DNA of 64,000 nt from Pseudomonadota bacterium (GTDB lineage Bacteria > Pseudomonadota > Alphaproteobacteria > Micropepsales > Micropepsaceae), in assembly GCA_021851325.1 (NCBI GenBank), contig JAJZDZ010000011.1, positions 7,424 through 71,423 of the forward strand. The letters run 5' to 3'. Below are positions 1 to 10,243 of the stretch, piece by piece. The position numbers and the translations under genes are program-made. Position 1 is the first letter of the stretch; every line of letters starts with the position of its first letter. The notes beneath the pieces were generated by a model. It was not told the origin of the DNA. It was given only the letters and a program-made list of their open reading frames with translations, and did no database searches.

Positions 1-205
1 CTATAGTTTTAAGGTCAAGGCCGCGCGAGCCTCAAAAGAAAGTTTCATGCGCGTCCAGCGAATGACCAACCAGCGGGAAGCAGGGGTTGGTACAGACGGC
101 TTGGAGTGACTACGACGCTTTTCCTGAAAGACAGACGCGGATTTGACGGTCGGCTTAGACATGGTGTCTGGACGGCCAGTTTCCTTTCTTTCAGGAGAGT
201 ACGCG

Positions 206-412
206 ATGTCGACCACAGGTCAGGTCAAATTCTTTAACACCACCAAGGGCTTCGGCTTTATCGCCCCCGAAGGCGGCGGCAAGGACGTATTTGTCCATGT
301 CACCGCGGTTCAGGCGGCCGGATTGCGTGGCCTTAATGAAGGCCAGCGGGTCAGCTTCGACATCGAAGCCGACAAGCGCGGCCCCAAGGCGGTCAATCTG
401 AAGCTGGTCTGA
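206..412 (+). CDS. cspA: Cold-shock protein, CspA family (68 aa)
   Basis: The translation MSTTGQVKFFNTTKGFGFIAPEGGGKDVFVHV... carries the RNP1 (KGFGFI) and RNP2 (VFVHV) cold-shock-domain motifs. ATG 206 lies 6 nt after AGGAGAG. The TTG at 143 in the ORF track is an upstream extension. Confidence 0.95.
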   Translation: MSTTGQVKFFNTTKGFGFIAPEGGGKDVFVHVTAVQAAGLRGLNEGQRVSFDIEADKRGPKAVNLKLV

Positions 413-441
413 GACCCCCCAGCAAGATCGGACCTTCGAGC

Positions 442-475
442 GGCGCAGGAGGCAAGTCTTCCTGCGCCGTTTTCG
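442..475 (+). terminator. Rho-independent terminator after cspA
   Basis: GGCGCAGGA (442-450) pairs perfectly with TCCTGCGCC (460-468) around a 9-nt loop and is followed by GTTTTC. Confidence 0.6.
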
Positions 476-499
476 TGTCTCACGCTGAGGAGGGCGGAG

Positions 500-826
500 A
501 TGCCGGTGGCAGAATTCGTACTGGTCTACTCGACCTTTCCGGATCGTGACAGTGCCCTGAAGGTCGGTGAAAGTCTCGTCCGCGCCCACCTCGCTGCCTG
601 TGCCAACATCTTGGCGCCCCAGACCTCGGTTTATGTCTGGGACGGCCAGCTCACCAGCGCGGAGGAAGTTGCCGTCCTGATCAAAACCCGGGCGAGCCTT
701 GCCGATGCCGTCATCACCGCGGCCCGCGCCGCCCACCCCTACACCACACCATGTTTTCTTATTCTCCCCGTGATGGGTGGTGACCGCGATTATCTGGCGT
801 GGCTGCGCGCCCAGACCGAACCCTAG
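500..826 (+). CDS. cutA: Divalent-cation tolerance protein CutA
   Basis: This 108-aa ORF has the typical CutA1 length and sequence pattern (VLVYSTFPD...A..LV...LAACANI....S.Y.W.G......E..LLIKT). A GAGGAGGG RBS precedes ATG 500. Confidence 0.8.
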   Translation: MPVAEFVLVYSTFPDRDSALKVGESLVRAHLAACANILAPQTSVYVWDGQLTSAEEVAVLIKTRASLADAVITAARAAHPYTTPCFLILPVMGGDRDYLAWLRAQTEP

Positions 827-1806
827 GGCAGCAGCACCGCAGCGCCATTGATCCGTCCACCACGCACATCATCGAGCGCCGCATTGGCCTCATCGAGGCG
901 ATAGGCGATGGTGTGGGTACGGATTTTGATCTGGCCCGCCAGGGCCAGAAATTCCTTTGCATCGGCCCGCGTCAGATTGGCCACCGAGGCAAGGCTGCGC
1001 TCACCCCACAGGATCGCGTAAGGAAAACTTGGAATGTCGCTCATGTGGATACCGCCGCAGATGACCCGTCCGCCCGGGCGTATGGCGCGCAGCGCCGTGG
1101 GCACCAGTGCCCCGACCGGCGCAAACAGGATCGCCGCGTCAAGGCGGACCGGTGGCGGCTGATCGGAGCCTCCAGCCCACACCGCGCCCATCTGGCGCGC
1201 AAAGCTTTGCGCGGCCGCATCACCCGGCCTGGTAAAGGCATAAACCTCCTGACCCCGGCTGCGGGCGACCTGGATGGCGATATGGGCAGCTGCGCCGAAG
1301 CCATAAAGTCCAAGCCTTGTGGCCTGGCCCGCCAGCTTCAGGCTGCGATATCCGATCAGCCCTGCACACATCAGCGGCGCAGCATCCTGATCGCAATAGC
1401 CATCCGGCAGCGCGAATACATAGCGCGCGTCCGCCAGCACATGCGTGGCAAAACCGCCATCGATCTGGTAGCCGGTGAAGCGCGCGGAGGGGCAGAGGTT
1501 TTCCTCACCGCGCAGGCAGAACTCACAGCACCCGCAACTCCAGCCCAGCCAGGGGATGCCGACACGCTGGCCGCGGACAAAGCCCTCTACCGCATCACCG
1601 AGGCCGATGATGTAGCCGACAATCTCATGGCCAGGGGTCAGGGGCAGTTTGGGTTCACAAAGTTCGCCATCAACAACATGCAGATCGGTCCGGCAGACCG
1701 CGCAGGCGGCAACCTTGACGAGGACCTGCATGGCATTGGGAACAGGAGTTGGAGATTCCTGCAAATGCAGTGGCCTGCCGACAGCTTCAAAACGCATGGC
1801 GCGCAT
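823..1806 (-). CDS. Zinc-dependent alcohol dehydrogenase family oxidoreductase
   Basis: It has the catalytic zinc motifs CAVCRTDLH and GHEIVG, the structural-zinc Cys cluster CGCCEFCLRGEENLC, and a GxGxxA Rossmann motif (YGFGAAAH). ATG 1806 (MRAMRF...) follows AAGGAGG by 5 nt. Confidence 0.85.
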   Translation of the reverse strand: MRAMRFEAVGRPLHLQESPTPVPNAMQVLVKVAACAVCRTDLHVVDGELCEPKLPLTPGHEIVGYIIGLGDAVEGFVRGQRVGIPWLGWSCGCCEFCLRGEENLCPSARFTGYQIDGGFATHVLADARYVFALPDGYCDQDAAPLMCAGLIGYRSLKLAGQATRLGLYGFGAAAHIAIQVARSRGQEVYAFTRPGDAAAQSFARQMGAVWAGGSDQPPPVRLDAAILFAPVGALVPTALRAIRPGGRVICGGIHMSDIPSFPYAILWGERSLASVANLTRADAKEFLALAGQIKIRTHTIAYRLDEANAALDDVRGGRINGAAVLLP

Positions 1807-1843
1807 GAGCGCCTCCTTGCCTTGATGGCACGGTCGGCATTCT

Positions 1844-4627
1844 ATGCGCCTAAGACCAGCGTGGAAAATCACCGTGACCCCAAGTCCTTTGGCTGAGCCG
1901 AGCCTGATCGACGGCGAGGCGCTCCGTCATCAACTGACAGCCCTCGCCCACAGCCAGAGCGATCAGCCGGCCCTGCGGGCCGCGGCCCTCGCCCTGATCA
2001 AGGAGCGTTTCCACCTTGGCCGGGAATACATACGCAAGGCCTGCGAAACGCGACAGATCAAGGGCCTCGAGGCGGCCCGCCTGCTGTCCGACCTGCAGGA
2101 TGAGATCATCCAGGTGATCTACGATTTTGCTACCAAGCATTTCTACTACGCCCAAAATCCAACCCTGGCCGAGCGCATCGCCGTGGTCGCCACCGGCGGC
2201 TATGGCCGCGGACTGCTGGCGCCAGGTTCCGATATCGACCTGCTGTTCGTGCGGCCATTCAAGCAGACAGCCTGGGGCGAAAGCGTCATCGAATTCATCC
2301 TCTATATGCTCTGGGATCTTGGCCTCAAGGTCGGCCATGCCACCCGTTCGCTCGCCGAATGCGTCCGCCTTGCCCGTCAGGACATCACCATCCGCACCTC
2401 GCTCCTTGAGGCGCGCTTTCTGTGGGGTAATACCGAACTCTGCGAGGAACTGCGCACCCGCTTCTGGTCTGAAGTGGCGATCGGCAATGGTCAGGATTTC
2501 GTCGAAGCCAAGCTCGCCGAACGCGACGCGCGCCATTCCCGCCAGGGCGAAAGCCGTTACCTTGTGGAACCCAACATCAAGGAAGGCAAAGGCGGACTGC
2601 GCGATCTGCAGACCCTCTTTTGGATCGGCAAATATGTCTACCATGTCGAAAACACCGCCGACCTCATCCAGCACAATGTCCTCACCGCAGAAGAATACGA
2701 GCTGTTCCGGACGGCCGAAGCCTTCCTCTGGGACGTCAGAGTTCAGCTTCACTATCTTGCCGGACGCGCCGAGGAACGCCTGAGTTTCGGCATTCAGCCT
2801 GAACTGGCCCGGCGCCTCGGCTTCGATGATGCCAACCAGCAGCGCGCCGTCGAAGCCTTCATGCGGGCCTATTTTCTTGTCGCCAAGGAGGTCGGCGATC
2901 TGACCCGCATCTTCTGTGCCGCGCTGGAAGAGCAGAACCGCAAATATCGTCCCAAACTGGCCCGCATGCTGCCGGGATTTCTCAAGCCACGCACCGGCAG
3001 CGAGGACTTCTATGTCGAGAATGGCCGCCTCAACGTGCGGCCCGATGCCTTCGCGCGCGACCCGGTCAATCTCATCCGCATTTTCCATCTCGCCGATGCC
3101 AAGGGTGTCGACGTCCATCCCCATGCCCTCAGGGCAGTCACCCGTTCGCTGCACCTGATTGGCGACACGCAGCGTCACGACGCCGAGGCCAATCGTCTGT
3201 TTTTGGAAATCCTCACCTCACGGCGCGATCCCGAAGGTGCTTTGCGACGGCTGAATGAGTCAGGGGTGTTTGGCCGGTTCGTGCCAGACTTTGGCCGGGT
3301 CGTGGCGCTGATGCAGTTCAACATGTATCACCACTATACGGTGGACGAGCACCTGATCCGCGCGGTTGGCAACCTTGCTGCGATCGAGCGTGGGGAACTG
3401 CGTAACGACCACCCTCTGTCGTCTGATCTCATCAAGCGCATCAAGTCGCGCAGCACACTCTATTGTGCGACACTGCTGCACGACATCGCCAAAGGTCTTG
3501 AGGGGGATCATTCCGATGAAGGCGCCGCCATCGCCCGGCGCCTGTGTCCGCGCTGGGGACTGAGCGCCCAGGAAACCGAGGATGTTGCCTGGCTGGTGGA
3601 GCGCCATCTGGTCATGGCCGATGTCGCCCAGCGTCGCGATATCTCCGACCCCAAAACCGTTCGCGACTTTGTCCAGACGGTGCAGACTCCCGAAAGACTG
3701 CGGCTACTTCTGGTGCTGACGGTTGCAGATATCCGCGCCGTGGGACCCGGCGTTTTCAATGGCTGGAAGGGACAGCTGCTGCGCGACCTCTATTATGAGG
3801 CCGAAACCGCGATGTCCGGTGCCGAAGCCGCCCGCGGACGACCGGCGCGCATCGCCGCAGCCAAGGAAGGACTCGCGGAGCGCCTGACTGATCTTGCCCC
3901 GCAGGTCCGCGATCACGCCATCACCCGCCATTATGATCCGTACTGGCTGGCCTTTGATCCGGACACGCTCGAGCGCCATGCACGGCTGATGGCGGCGGCC
4001 GATGCCAGCCACCAGCTTCTCGCCCTTGCGGTGCAGAGCGACAGCTTCCGTGCGATCAGCGAAGTCGTGGTCTATACCCCGGATCACCCCGGGCTCTTCG
4101 CCCAGCTGGCCGGTGCTATCGCTCTTTGTGGCGGCTCGATCGCCGATGCCAAGGCCTACACCACCTCGGACGGCTTTGCCCTCGATGTCTTTTCGGTGCA
4201 GGAGCAAGATGGCACCCCCTTCGGCGAGGGTGCCCGCGCGACCCGCCTGCGCGATACCATTGCCAAGACCCTCGCAGGCGAAATGCGCCTCGGACGGGCC
4301 CTCGCCAAGCGCAAATTGCCGACCCGGACCTCGGCCTTCGCGGTGCGGCCGCGGGTGAACTTTGATAACGATGCCTCAGCCACCGCCTCGGTTATCGAGG
4401 TCGAAGGTCTCGACCGGCCAGGATTGCTCTACGACGTCACCAACAGCCTCTTCAGGTCGGGTCTGTCGATTTCAGCGGCGCGGGTGGCCACTTATGGCGA
4501 ACGCGCCATTGACGTTTTCTATGTCCGCGACGGGTTCGGCCACAAGATCTTTCATCGCGGGCGCATCGCAAGCGTGCGTGAGCGCCTGCTCAAGGCACTG
4601 GAAGGCGACGACAAGGGGACTGCTTGA
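1844..4627 (+). CDS. glnD: Bifunctional [protein-PII] uridylyltransferase/uridylyl-removing enzyme
   Basis: The 927-aa ORF has a nucleotidyltransferase region (GGYGRGLLAPGSDIDLLF), an HD domain (LLHDIAKG) and two C-terminal ACT-like repeats. The exact start is uncertain; a GTG a few codons downstream is also possible. Confidence 0.9.
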   Translation: MRLRPAWKITVTPSPLAEPSLIDGEALRHQLTALAHSQSDQPALRAAALALIKERFHLGREYIRKACETRQIKGLEAARLLSDLQDEIIQVIYDFATKHFYYAQNPTLAERIAVVATGGYGRGLLAPGSDIDLLFVRPFKQTAWGESVIEFILYMLWDLGLKVGHATRSLAECVRLARQDITIRTSLLEARFLWGNTELCEELRTRFWSEVAIGNGQDFVEAKLAERDARHSRQGESRYLVEPNIKEGKGGLRDLQTLFWIGKYVYHVENTADLIQHNVLTAEEYELFRTAEAFLWDVRVQLHYLAGRAEERLSFGIQPELARRLGFDDANQQRAVEAFMRAYFLVAKEVGDLTRIFCAALEEQNRKYRPKLARMLPGFLKPRTGSEDFYVENGRLNVRPDAFARDPVNLIRIFHLADAKGVDVHPHALRAVTRSLHLIGDTQRHDAEANRLFLEILTSRRDPEGALRRLNESGVFGRFVPDFGRVVALMQFNMYHHYTVDEHLIRAVGNLAAIERGELRNDHPLSSDLIKRIKSRSTLYCATLLHDIAKGLEGDHSDEGAAIARRLCPRWGLSAQETEDVAWLVERHLVMADVAQRRDISDPKTVRDFVQTVQTPERLRLLLVLTVADIRAVGPGVFNGWKGQLLRDLYYEAETAMSGAEAARGRPARIAAAKEGLAERLTDLAPQVRDHAITRHYDPYWLAFDPDTLERHARLMAAADASHQLLALAVQSDSFRAISEVVVYTPDHPGLFAQLAGAIALCGGSIADAKAYTTSDGFALDVFSVQEQDGTPFGEGARATRLRDTIAKTLAGEMRLGRALAKRKLPTRTSAFAVRPRVNFDNDASATASVIEVEGLDRPGLLYDVTNSLFRSGLSISAARVATYGERAIDVFYVRDGFGHKIFHRGRIASVRERLLKALEGDDKGTA

Positions 4628-4681
4628 AGTAAGGGCGGGGATTCAGGCATAAGGCGGCCGCATCACCAGGGCCCCCAGAAC

Positions 4682-5695
4682 ATGAGCTTTGAGCGCGTTC
4701 TTTCCGGCATGCAGCCGACCAACACCCTGCACCTCGGCAACTATCTGGGCGCGCTGAAGAACTGGGTGGCCTTGCAGGAGCGCATGGCATGCCTTTATTG
4801 CGTCGTGGATCTGCATGCGATCACCCAGGACTCAGGCTACGGCAAGGCCGAAGCACTGCGTCACGCTACCCGCGAAGTCGCAGCCGCCTACATCGCCGCC
4901 GGCATCGATCCCAGCAAAAGCCCGGTATTTAACCAGGCCCGCGTTCCCGAGCACAGTGAGCTGAGCTGGATCCTCAGCTGTGTGGCGCGCCTCGGCTGGC
5001 TCGACCGCATGACCCAGTTCAAGGAAAAAACTGGCAAGCACAAGGAGCGGGCAAGCGTTGGCCTTTATACCTATCCCGTCCTCATGGCCGCTGACATCCT
5101 CGTCTACAAGGCCACCCATGTCCCGGTCGGCGAGGATCAGAAACAGCATCTCGAACTGGCCCGCGACATCGCCCAGAAGTTCAACAATGATTTCGGCATG
5201 ACGGACTTCTTTCCCCTGCCCGAGCCGGTGATCAGCGGACCGGCAACACGGGTGATGAGCTTGCGCGACGGCACGAAGAAAATGTCGAAGACCGACGAAA
5301 GCGACATGTCGCGCATCAATCTCACCGATGATGCCGACACCATCGCCAACAAGATCCGCAAGGCCCGGACCGATCCTGAGCCTCTGCCCTCGGAGGCCAA
5401 GGGCCTGGAAAACCGTCCCGAGGCGCAGAACCTCGTCAACATATTTGCCGCGCTCAATGATGAAACCGTCGATGCCGTCATCACCCGCTTCGCCGGACAG
5501 CAATTCTCCGCCTTCAAATCCGAGCTTGCCGATCTGGCCGTCGCCAAGCTCACCCCCATAGCAGCCCAGATGCGCCGGCTGATGGGGGATCCAACCGAAC
5601 TTGACCGCATCTTGAACGATGGCGCCCTCAAGGCGCGCGCCATTGCCGAACCGATCATGAAAGAGGTGCGACAGGCGGTCGGCTTCCTGTCCTAG
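4682..5695 (+). CDS. trpS: Tryptophan--tRNA ligase
   Basis: The 337-aa ORF has a class I HIGH-type motif (TLHLGNYLG) and a KMSKS motif (KKMSKT). Confidence 0.95.
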   Translation: MSFERVLSGMQPTNTLHLGNYLGALKNWVALQERMACLYCVVDLHAITQDSGYGKAEALRHATREVAAAYIAAGIDPSKSPVFNQARVPEHSELSWILSCVARLGWLDRMTQFKEKTGKHKERASVGLYTYPVLMAADILVYKATHVPVGEDQKQHLELARDIAQKFNNDFGMTDFFPLPEPVISGPATRVMSLRDGTKKMSKTDESDMSRINLTDDADTIANKIRKARTDPEPLPSEAKGLENRPEAQNLVNIFAALNDETVDAVITRFAGQQFSAFKSELADLAVAKLTPIAAQMRRLMGDPTELDRILNDGALKARAIAEPIMKEVRQAVGFLS

Positions 5696-5773
5696 GCCAG
5701 CGGCCGGGCCGGTCCGCGCCTTTCAGCCCGGTTCCCTGTGACAGACCCCGCCGCCTTGGGCTAGAACCAGAGC

Positions 5774-6535
5774 ATGCAGAACGGACCTCAGACTGTACTT
5801 GTGACCGGTGGCGCCAAACGCCTGGGGCGGGCTGTTGCCCTTGATCTGGCCGCCGCAGGCTATGCGGTCGCCATCCACTACAACACCTCCGAAGCGCAGG
5901 CCGCAGAGCTCGCCGCCCAGATCAGGGCACAAGGCCGGTCGGCAACCCTGCTCAGGGCCGATCTGTCCTGCGAGGACGAGGTCAACCAACTCATCGGCCG
6001 CGCAACCGAGGCGCTCGGTCCCATATGCGCCCTCATCAATTCGGCGTCGCTGTTCGAAGAAGACGACTGGAACAGCGCCACCCGCCAGAGCTGGGACCAG
6101 CATATGGCGGTTAATCTGCGCGCCCCTTTCGTCCTCGCTCAGGACTTCGCACGGGCCCTGCCGCAAAACTGCTCGGGCGCCATCATCAACATCATCGATC
6201 AGCGCGTGCTGAAACCGACGCCGCAATTTCTGACCTACAGCCTCAGCAAGGCCGGCCTCGACTGGCTCACCGTGACCCTCGCCCAGGCCCTCGCCCCGCG
6301 GATCCGCGTCAATGCGGTAGGCCCCGGTCCCACCTTGCGGAACCAACGTCAGAGCGAGGCTGATTTTCGGCGCCAGCGGGCCGCAACCTTGCTCGGAACC
6401 GGCGCCGAGCCGAAGGATGTCTGCGCCGCGGTGCGCTATCTTCTTGCCGCTCCGGCGGTAACCGGTCAGCTGATCGCGGTCGACGGTGGCCAGCATCTTG
6501 CCTGGCAGACAGCTGACGTGGCGGTGAGAGAGTAG
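5774..6535 (+). CDS. Short-chain dehydrogenase/reductase (pteridine-reductase-like, next to folB)
   Basis: It has the TGGAKRLG cofactor motif and the YxxxK active site (YSLSKAGL). It sits 2 nt upstream of folB. Confidence 0.8.
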   Translation: MQNGPQTVLVTGGAKRLGRAVALDLAAAGYAVAIHYNTSEAQAAELAAQIRAQGRSATLLRADLSCEDEVNQLIGRATEALGPICALINSASLFEEDDWNSATRQSWDQHMAVNLRAPFVLAQDFARALPQNCSGAIINIIDQRVLKPTPQFLTYSLSKAGLDWLTVTLAQALAPRIRVNAVGPGPTLRNQRQSEADFRRQRAATLLGTGAEPKDVCAAVRYLLAAPAVTGQLIAVDGGQHLAWQTADVAVRE

Positions 6536-6537
6536 CG

Positions 6538-6939
6538 ATGAGCCGGAACCTGCATTTTCCGCCCCTGCCCACAGCTGACAGCGATCAGGCGATCAGTCAC
6601 GTCTTCATCCGCAATCTCTGCCTCGACGCCCAGATCGGCGTCTATGGTCATGAACATGGCCGCCACCAGCCGGTGCGGATCAATGTCGATCTTGCCGTCG
6701 ACGATACCCCCCCGCGCGATGACCGCCTTGATCAGGTCGTCGATTACGACGCGATCACCCAGCGCATCCGCAGCATCGTTGCCGCCGGTCACGTCAAACT
6801 GGCCGAGACACTCGCGCATCGCATTGCCGACGCCTGCTTTGGCGATCCGCGGGTCAGACGGGCGCGCGTGCGGGTGGAAAAGCTCAATGCCCTCAAAGAC
6901 GCCGAGAGTGCCGGTGTCGAGATCGAACGCAGGCGATGA
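6538..6939 (+). CDS. folB: Dihydroneopterin aldolase
   Basis: The 133-aa ORF shows a FolB-like pattern (IFIRNL.L.A.IGV...E......V.I...L). Confidence 0.75.
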   Translation: MSRNLHFPPLPTADSDQAISHVFIRNLCLDAQIGVYGHEHGRHQPVRINVDLAVDDTPPRDDRLDQVVDYDAITQRIRSIVAAGHVKLAETLAHRIADACFGDPRVRRARVRVEKLNALKDAESAGVEIERRR

Positions 6940-7029
6940 TAAAATGGGCGCAAAGCGCCTCATGCCGCGCGCCGTGCAAGGGACAGGCACGCCCCCCTTC
7001 CTCCGCGTGAACCTACCGGCTCCAACACC

Positions 7030-8907
7030 ATGACGGACCCCAAGCCCCCCTCCGACAGTCCCGGTCCGCTCACCGGTGCGGCCCGCATCGCGGCCTATGT
7101 CAGAACGCTGCCCGAAGCCCCCGGGGTCTATCGCATGCTGGGGGCCAAGGGCGAGGTGCTCTATGTCGGCAAGGCCAAGAGCCTGAAAAAGCGGGTTGCC
7201 GCCTATGCCAAATCGGGCGGACAGACCGAGCGCATCGCCCGCATGATCAGCGAAACCGCCGACATGCTTTTTGTGACGACAGCGAGCGAAAGTGAAGCGC
7301 TGCTGCTCGAGAGCAACCTGATCAAGCGCCTCAAGCCGCGCTACAATGTGTCGTTTCGCGACGACAAGAGTTTTCCCAATATTCTCCTGCGTGAGGACCA
7401 TCCTTTTCCGCAGCTTCTCAAGCATCGCGGTGCCCGCACCATAAAAGGCCATTATTATGGCCCCTTTGCCAGCGCCGGTGCCGTCAATCGCACGCTCAAC
7501 ACACTGCAGCGGGCCTTCCTGCTGCGCTCCTGTTCGGACAGCGTCTTCGCAAGCCGCACCCGCCCCTGCCTGCTGCACCAGATCAAGCGCTGCGCAGCGC
7601 CCTGCGTCGGACGCATCGATGCGGCGGGCTATGGCGCGCTGGTTGAGGAAGCCGAGGCGTTTCTGTCCGGCAAGAGCCGGGCGGTGCAGTCCCAGCTCGC
7701 ACAGGAAATGGAGAAGGCCTCAGGCGCGCTTGATTTCGAGCGGGCCGCCGTGCTGCGCGATCGCATTCGTGCCATGAGTCAGATCCAGTCCAATCAGGGT
7801 ATCAATCCGACCAGTTTTACCGACGCCGATGTCTTTGCACTGTTCGCAGAAGGCATGGATGTGTGCATCCAGGTTTTCTTCTTCCGTGCCGGGCAGAACT
7901 GGGGCAACCGTCCCTATTTCCCGCGCAGCGGCGCACAGGACGGCAGCGCCGAAATTCTCGCAAGCTTCATCGCCCAGTTCTACGATGAACGTGAATGCCC
8001 GCCTCTCATCCTCCTCAGCGAAGCTGCAGCCGAGGCCGATCTGCTCGCCGAGGCCCTGACCAACCGCAGTCGCAAACGAGTCGAAATCGCGGTACCCCAA
8101 CGCGGCGAAAAGCATGACATCGTGGCGATGGCCCTGAGCAATGCGCGCGAACAGCTGGCCCGACGTCTGGCCGAAAACTCCGCCCAGGTGCAGCTTCTGG
8201 AAGCCCTGTCCGATGCCCTTGGCCTCGACAATCCACCTCGGCGCATCGAAGTTTACGACAACAGCCACATCCAGGGGCGCCACGCCGTCGGTGCCATGAT
8301 CGTCGCCGGCCCTGACGGCTTCGAGAAAGCGGAATATCGCAAGTTCAACATCAAGTCCGAGGACCTGACCCCCGGCGATGACTACGCCATGCTGCGCGAG
8401 GTGCTCAGCCGGCGCTTCGGCCGTCTGCTCCGAGATGATGACAGTGCGCGGGCCAAATGGCCCGAGCTCGTCCTGATCGACGGTGGCCTGGGCCAGCTTG
8501 GCATCGCCAGCCAGGTCTTTGCCGATCTCGGCATTGAGGATGTCGAACTCGTAGCGATCTCAAAGGGGCCGGACCGCGATGCCGGCCGCGAGCATTTCTA
8601 TCGCCCGGGTCAGGCCCCCTTCCGCCTCGATGTCAAAAGCCCGGTTCTCTATTACCTGCAGCGTCTGCGTGACGAGGCCCACCGCTTTGCCATAGGCAGC
8701 CACCGCAAGCGGCGCAGCAAGGCCATCGGCACCAACCCGCTCGACGAGGTCGCAGGTGTAGGCGCTGCCCGCAAGCGGGCCCTCCTGCAGCATTTCGGCT
8801 CGGCCCGGGCGGTGTCAGCGGCCAGTCTTGCCGACCTTGAGGCCGTAGAGGGCGTCAGTGCCACACTGGCCAAGAAAATTTACGACTTCTTCCATGCGGG
8901 CGGCTAG
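7030..8907 (+). CDS. uvrC: Excinuclease ABC subunit C
   Basis: The 625-aa ORF has an N-terminal GIY-YIG motif (GVYRMLGAKGEVLYVGKAKSLKKR), a UVR domain and a C-terminal HhH region. Confidence 0.95.
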   Translation: MTDPKPPSDSPGPLTGAARIAAYVRTLPEAPGVYRMLGAKGEVLYVGKAKSLKKRVAAYAKSGGQTERIARMISETADMLFVTTASESEALLLESNLIKRLKPRYNVSFRDDKSFPNILLREDHPFPQLLKHRGARTIKGHYYGPFASAGAVNRTLNTLQRAFLLRSCSDSVFASRTRPCLLHQIKRCAAPCVGRIDAAGYGALVEEAEAFLSGKSRAVQSQLAQEMEKASGALDFERAAVLRDRIRAMSQIQSNQGINPTSFTDADVFALFAEGMDVCIQVFFFRAGQNWGNRPYFPRSGAQDGSAEILASFIAQFYDERECPPLILLSEAAAEADLLAEALTNRSRKRVEIAVPQRGEKHDIVAMALSNAREQLARRLAENSAQVQLLEALSDALGLDNPPRRIEVYDNSHIQGRHAVGAMIVAGPDGFEKAEYRKFNIKSEDLTPGDDYAMLREVLSRRFGRLLRDDDSARAKWPELVLIDGGLGQLGIASQVFADLGIEDVELVAISKGPDRDAGREHFYRPGQAPFRLDVKSPVLYYLQRLRDEAHRFAIGSHRKRRSKAIGTNPLDEVAGVGAARKRALLQHFGSARAVSAASLADLEAVEGVSATLAKKIYDFFHAGG

Positions 8908-8926
8908 CAGGTGTAAGTGTGGGCGC

Positions 8927-9538
8927 ATGTACAGCCTGCCCAACCTTCTTACGATGTTCCGGATCGCGCTGGTGCCGCTGTTTGCGCTCGCCTTCGCAGT
9001 GCCCGGCCCCTCGGGCAAGCTGGTCGCGTTCGCCATCTTTGTCCTTGCCGGTGTGACTGATTTCTTCGATGGCCTTGCCGCCCGCAGGCTCAAATCCTAC
9101 TCCGATTTCGGCCGCATGCTCGATCCGATCGCCGACAAGATCCTCGTCGCCACCGCCCTCATGATGCTGGTCGCCGGCGGCGCCTTTGATGGCTACAAGC
9201 TGATCCCCGCCCTCGTCATTCTGTGCCGCGAAATTCTGGTCTCGGGCCTGCGCGAATTTCTTGCCGGGGTCCGTGTCAGCGTCCCGGTGAGTTCGATCGC
9301 CAAACTGAAAACCACGATCCAGATGATTGCCATCGGCGCAATGATCCTCGGGCCTGCCGCCAACCACGTGGTGCCGGGCGCGCTCGCCTTTGCCGTTGTT
9401 CTGCTCTGGGTGGCCGCGGCGCTCACGGTCTATACCGGCGCGGTCTATTTCAGGGCCGGACTTGCCCATCTTGACCCCAAGCCGCGCGCCGAAGAGGGCG
9501 ATGGACCCGCACACCACAGCGCCGGAGAATCCGTATGA
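8927..9538 (+). CDS. pgsA: CDP-diacylglycerol--glycerol-3-phosphate 3-phosphatidyltransferase
   Basis: It carries the CDP-alcohol phosphatidyltransferase motif DFFDGLAARRLKSYSDFGRMLDPIADK. ATG 8927 (MYSLPNLLTMFR) avoids overlap with uvrC. Confidence 0.9.
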   Translation: MYSLPNLLTMFRIALVPLFALAFAVPGPSGKLVAFAIFVLAGVTDFFDGLAARRLKSYSDFGRMLDPIADKILVATALMMLVAGGAFDGYKLIPALVILCREILVSGLREFLAGVRVSVPVSSIAKLKTTIQMIAIGAMILGPAANHVVPGALAFAVVLLWVAAALTVYTGAVYFRAGLAHLDPKPRAEEGDGPAHHSAGESV

Positions 9539-9786
9539 AGGTGCTTTATTTTGCCTGGGTGCGCGAAAAACTGGGTTGCAGCGAAGAGACGCTGAACCTG
9601 CCGCCGGAGGTCAGGACAGCGCGCCAGCTCGCCCTCCATCTGGCCGCAAGGGGACCTTCCTACGCGAACGTGTTTGGTGCGCTTGGCAACCTCAACCTTG
9701 CCATCGATCAGGAGCATGCGAGCTGGGATCAGGACCTTGGGGCAGCACAGGAAGTGGCTTTTTTCCCACCGGTGACGGGAGGCTGA
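9535..9786 (+). CDS. moaD: Molybdopterin synthase sulfur-carrier subunit
   Basis: The 83-aa ORF ends in the diagnostic C-terminal Gly-Gly (PPVTGG). Its start overlaps the pgsA stop (ATGA). Confidence 0.85.
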   Translation: MKVLYFAWVREKLGCSEETLNLPPEVRTARQLALHLAARGPSYANVFGALGNLNLAIDQEHASWDQDLGAAQEVAFFPPVTGG

Positions 9787-9787
9787 G

Positions 9788-10243
9788 ATGCAGGTCTCAG
9801 TCCAAGAAGCAGATTTCGACAGTGCGGCAGAAGCCCTTGCCCTGACCCAAGGGCGCAAGGACATCGGCGCCGTGGTCACCTTCGAGGGCCGCGTCAGAGC
9901 CGACGATGGCCTCAGCGCTCTTACCCTCGAACATTATCCGGGCATGACCGAAGCGGAGATTGCACGCCATGTTGCAGCGGCACAGGCGCGCTGGCCGCTC
10001 GCCGGGGTCCGCATCATTCACCGCATCGGCCGGCTTGGTCCTGGCGAACGCATCGTGCTTGTGATCACCGCCTCCGCCCATCGTCAAAGTGCCTTTGAGG
10101 CGGCCGAATTCCTCATGGATTATCTGAAGACCCGCGCCCCGTTCTGGAAGCAGGAGCAATACGGCGACGGCGCCCGCTGGGTCGAGGCCAGGGCGGATGA
10201 CCTTGACGCCGCCCGCCGCTGGCAGAGCCCGGCAAAGCGTTAG
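9788..10243 (+). CDS. moaE: Molybdopterin synthase catalytic subunit
   Basis: The 151-aa ORF is MoaE-like (GAVVTFEG.VR......L.LEHYPGM.E..) and begins 1 nt after moaD. Confidence 0.9.
   Translation: MQVSVQEADFDSAAEALALTQGRKDIGAVVTFEGRVRADDGLSALTLEHYPGMTEAEIARHVAAAQARWPLAGVRIIHRIGRLGPGERIVLVITASAHRQSAFEAAEFLMDYLKTRAPFWKQEQYGDGARWVEARADDLDAARRWQSPAKR

Noticed and set aside
1-216. A small minus-strand ORF of 71 aa, or 53 aa from the internal Met, upstream of cspA.
   Set aside because: It has poor GC3 for this genome, no motif, and it overlaps the probable cspA promoter and long 5-prime leader. There is no support for coding.
1850-3178. A 442-aa minus-strand ORF. The 365-aa plus-strand ORF at 799-1896 and the 370-aa minus-strand ORF at 6466-7578 belong with it.
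   Set aside because: All three are antisense to well-supported genes: glnD, the Zn-ADH gene, and folB/uvrC. No motifs were recognisable.
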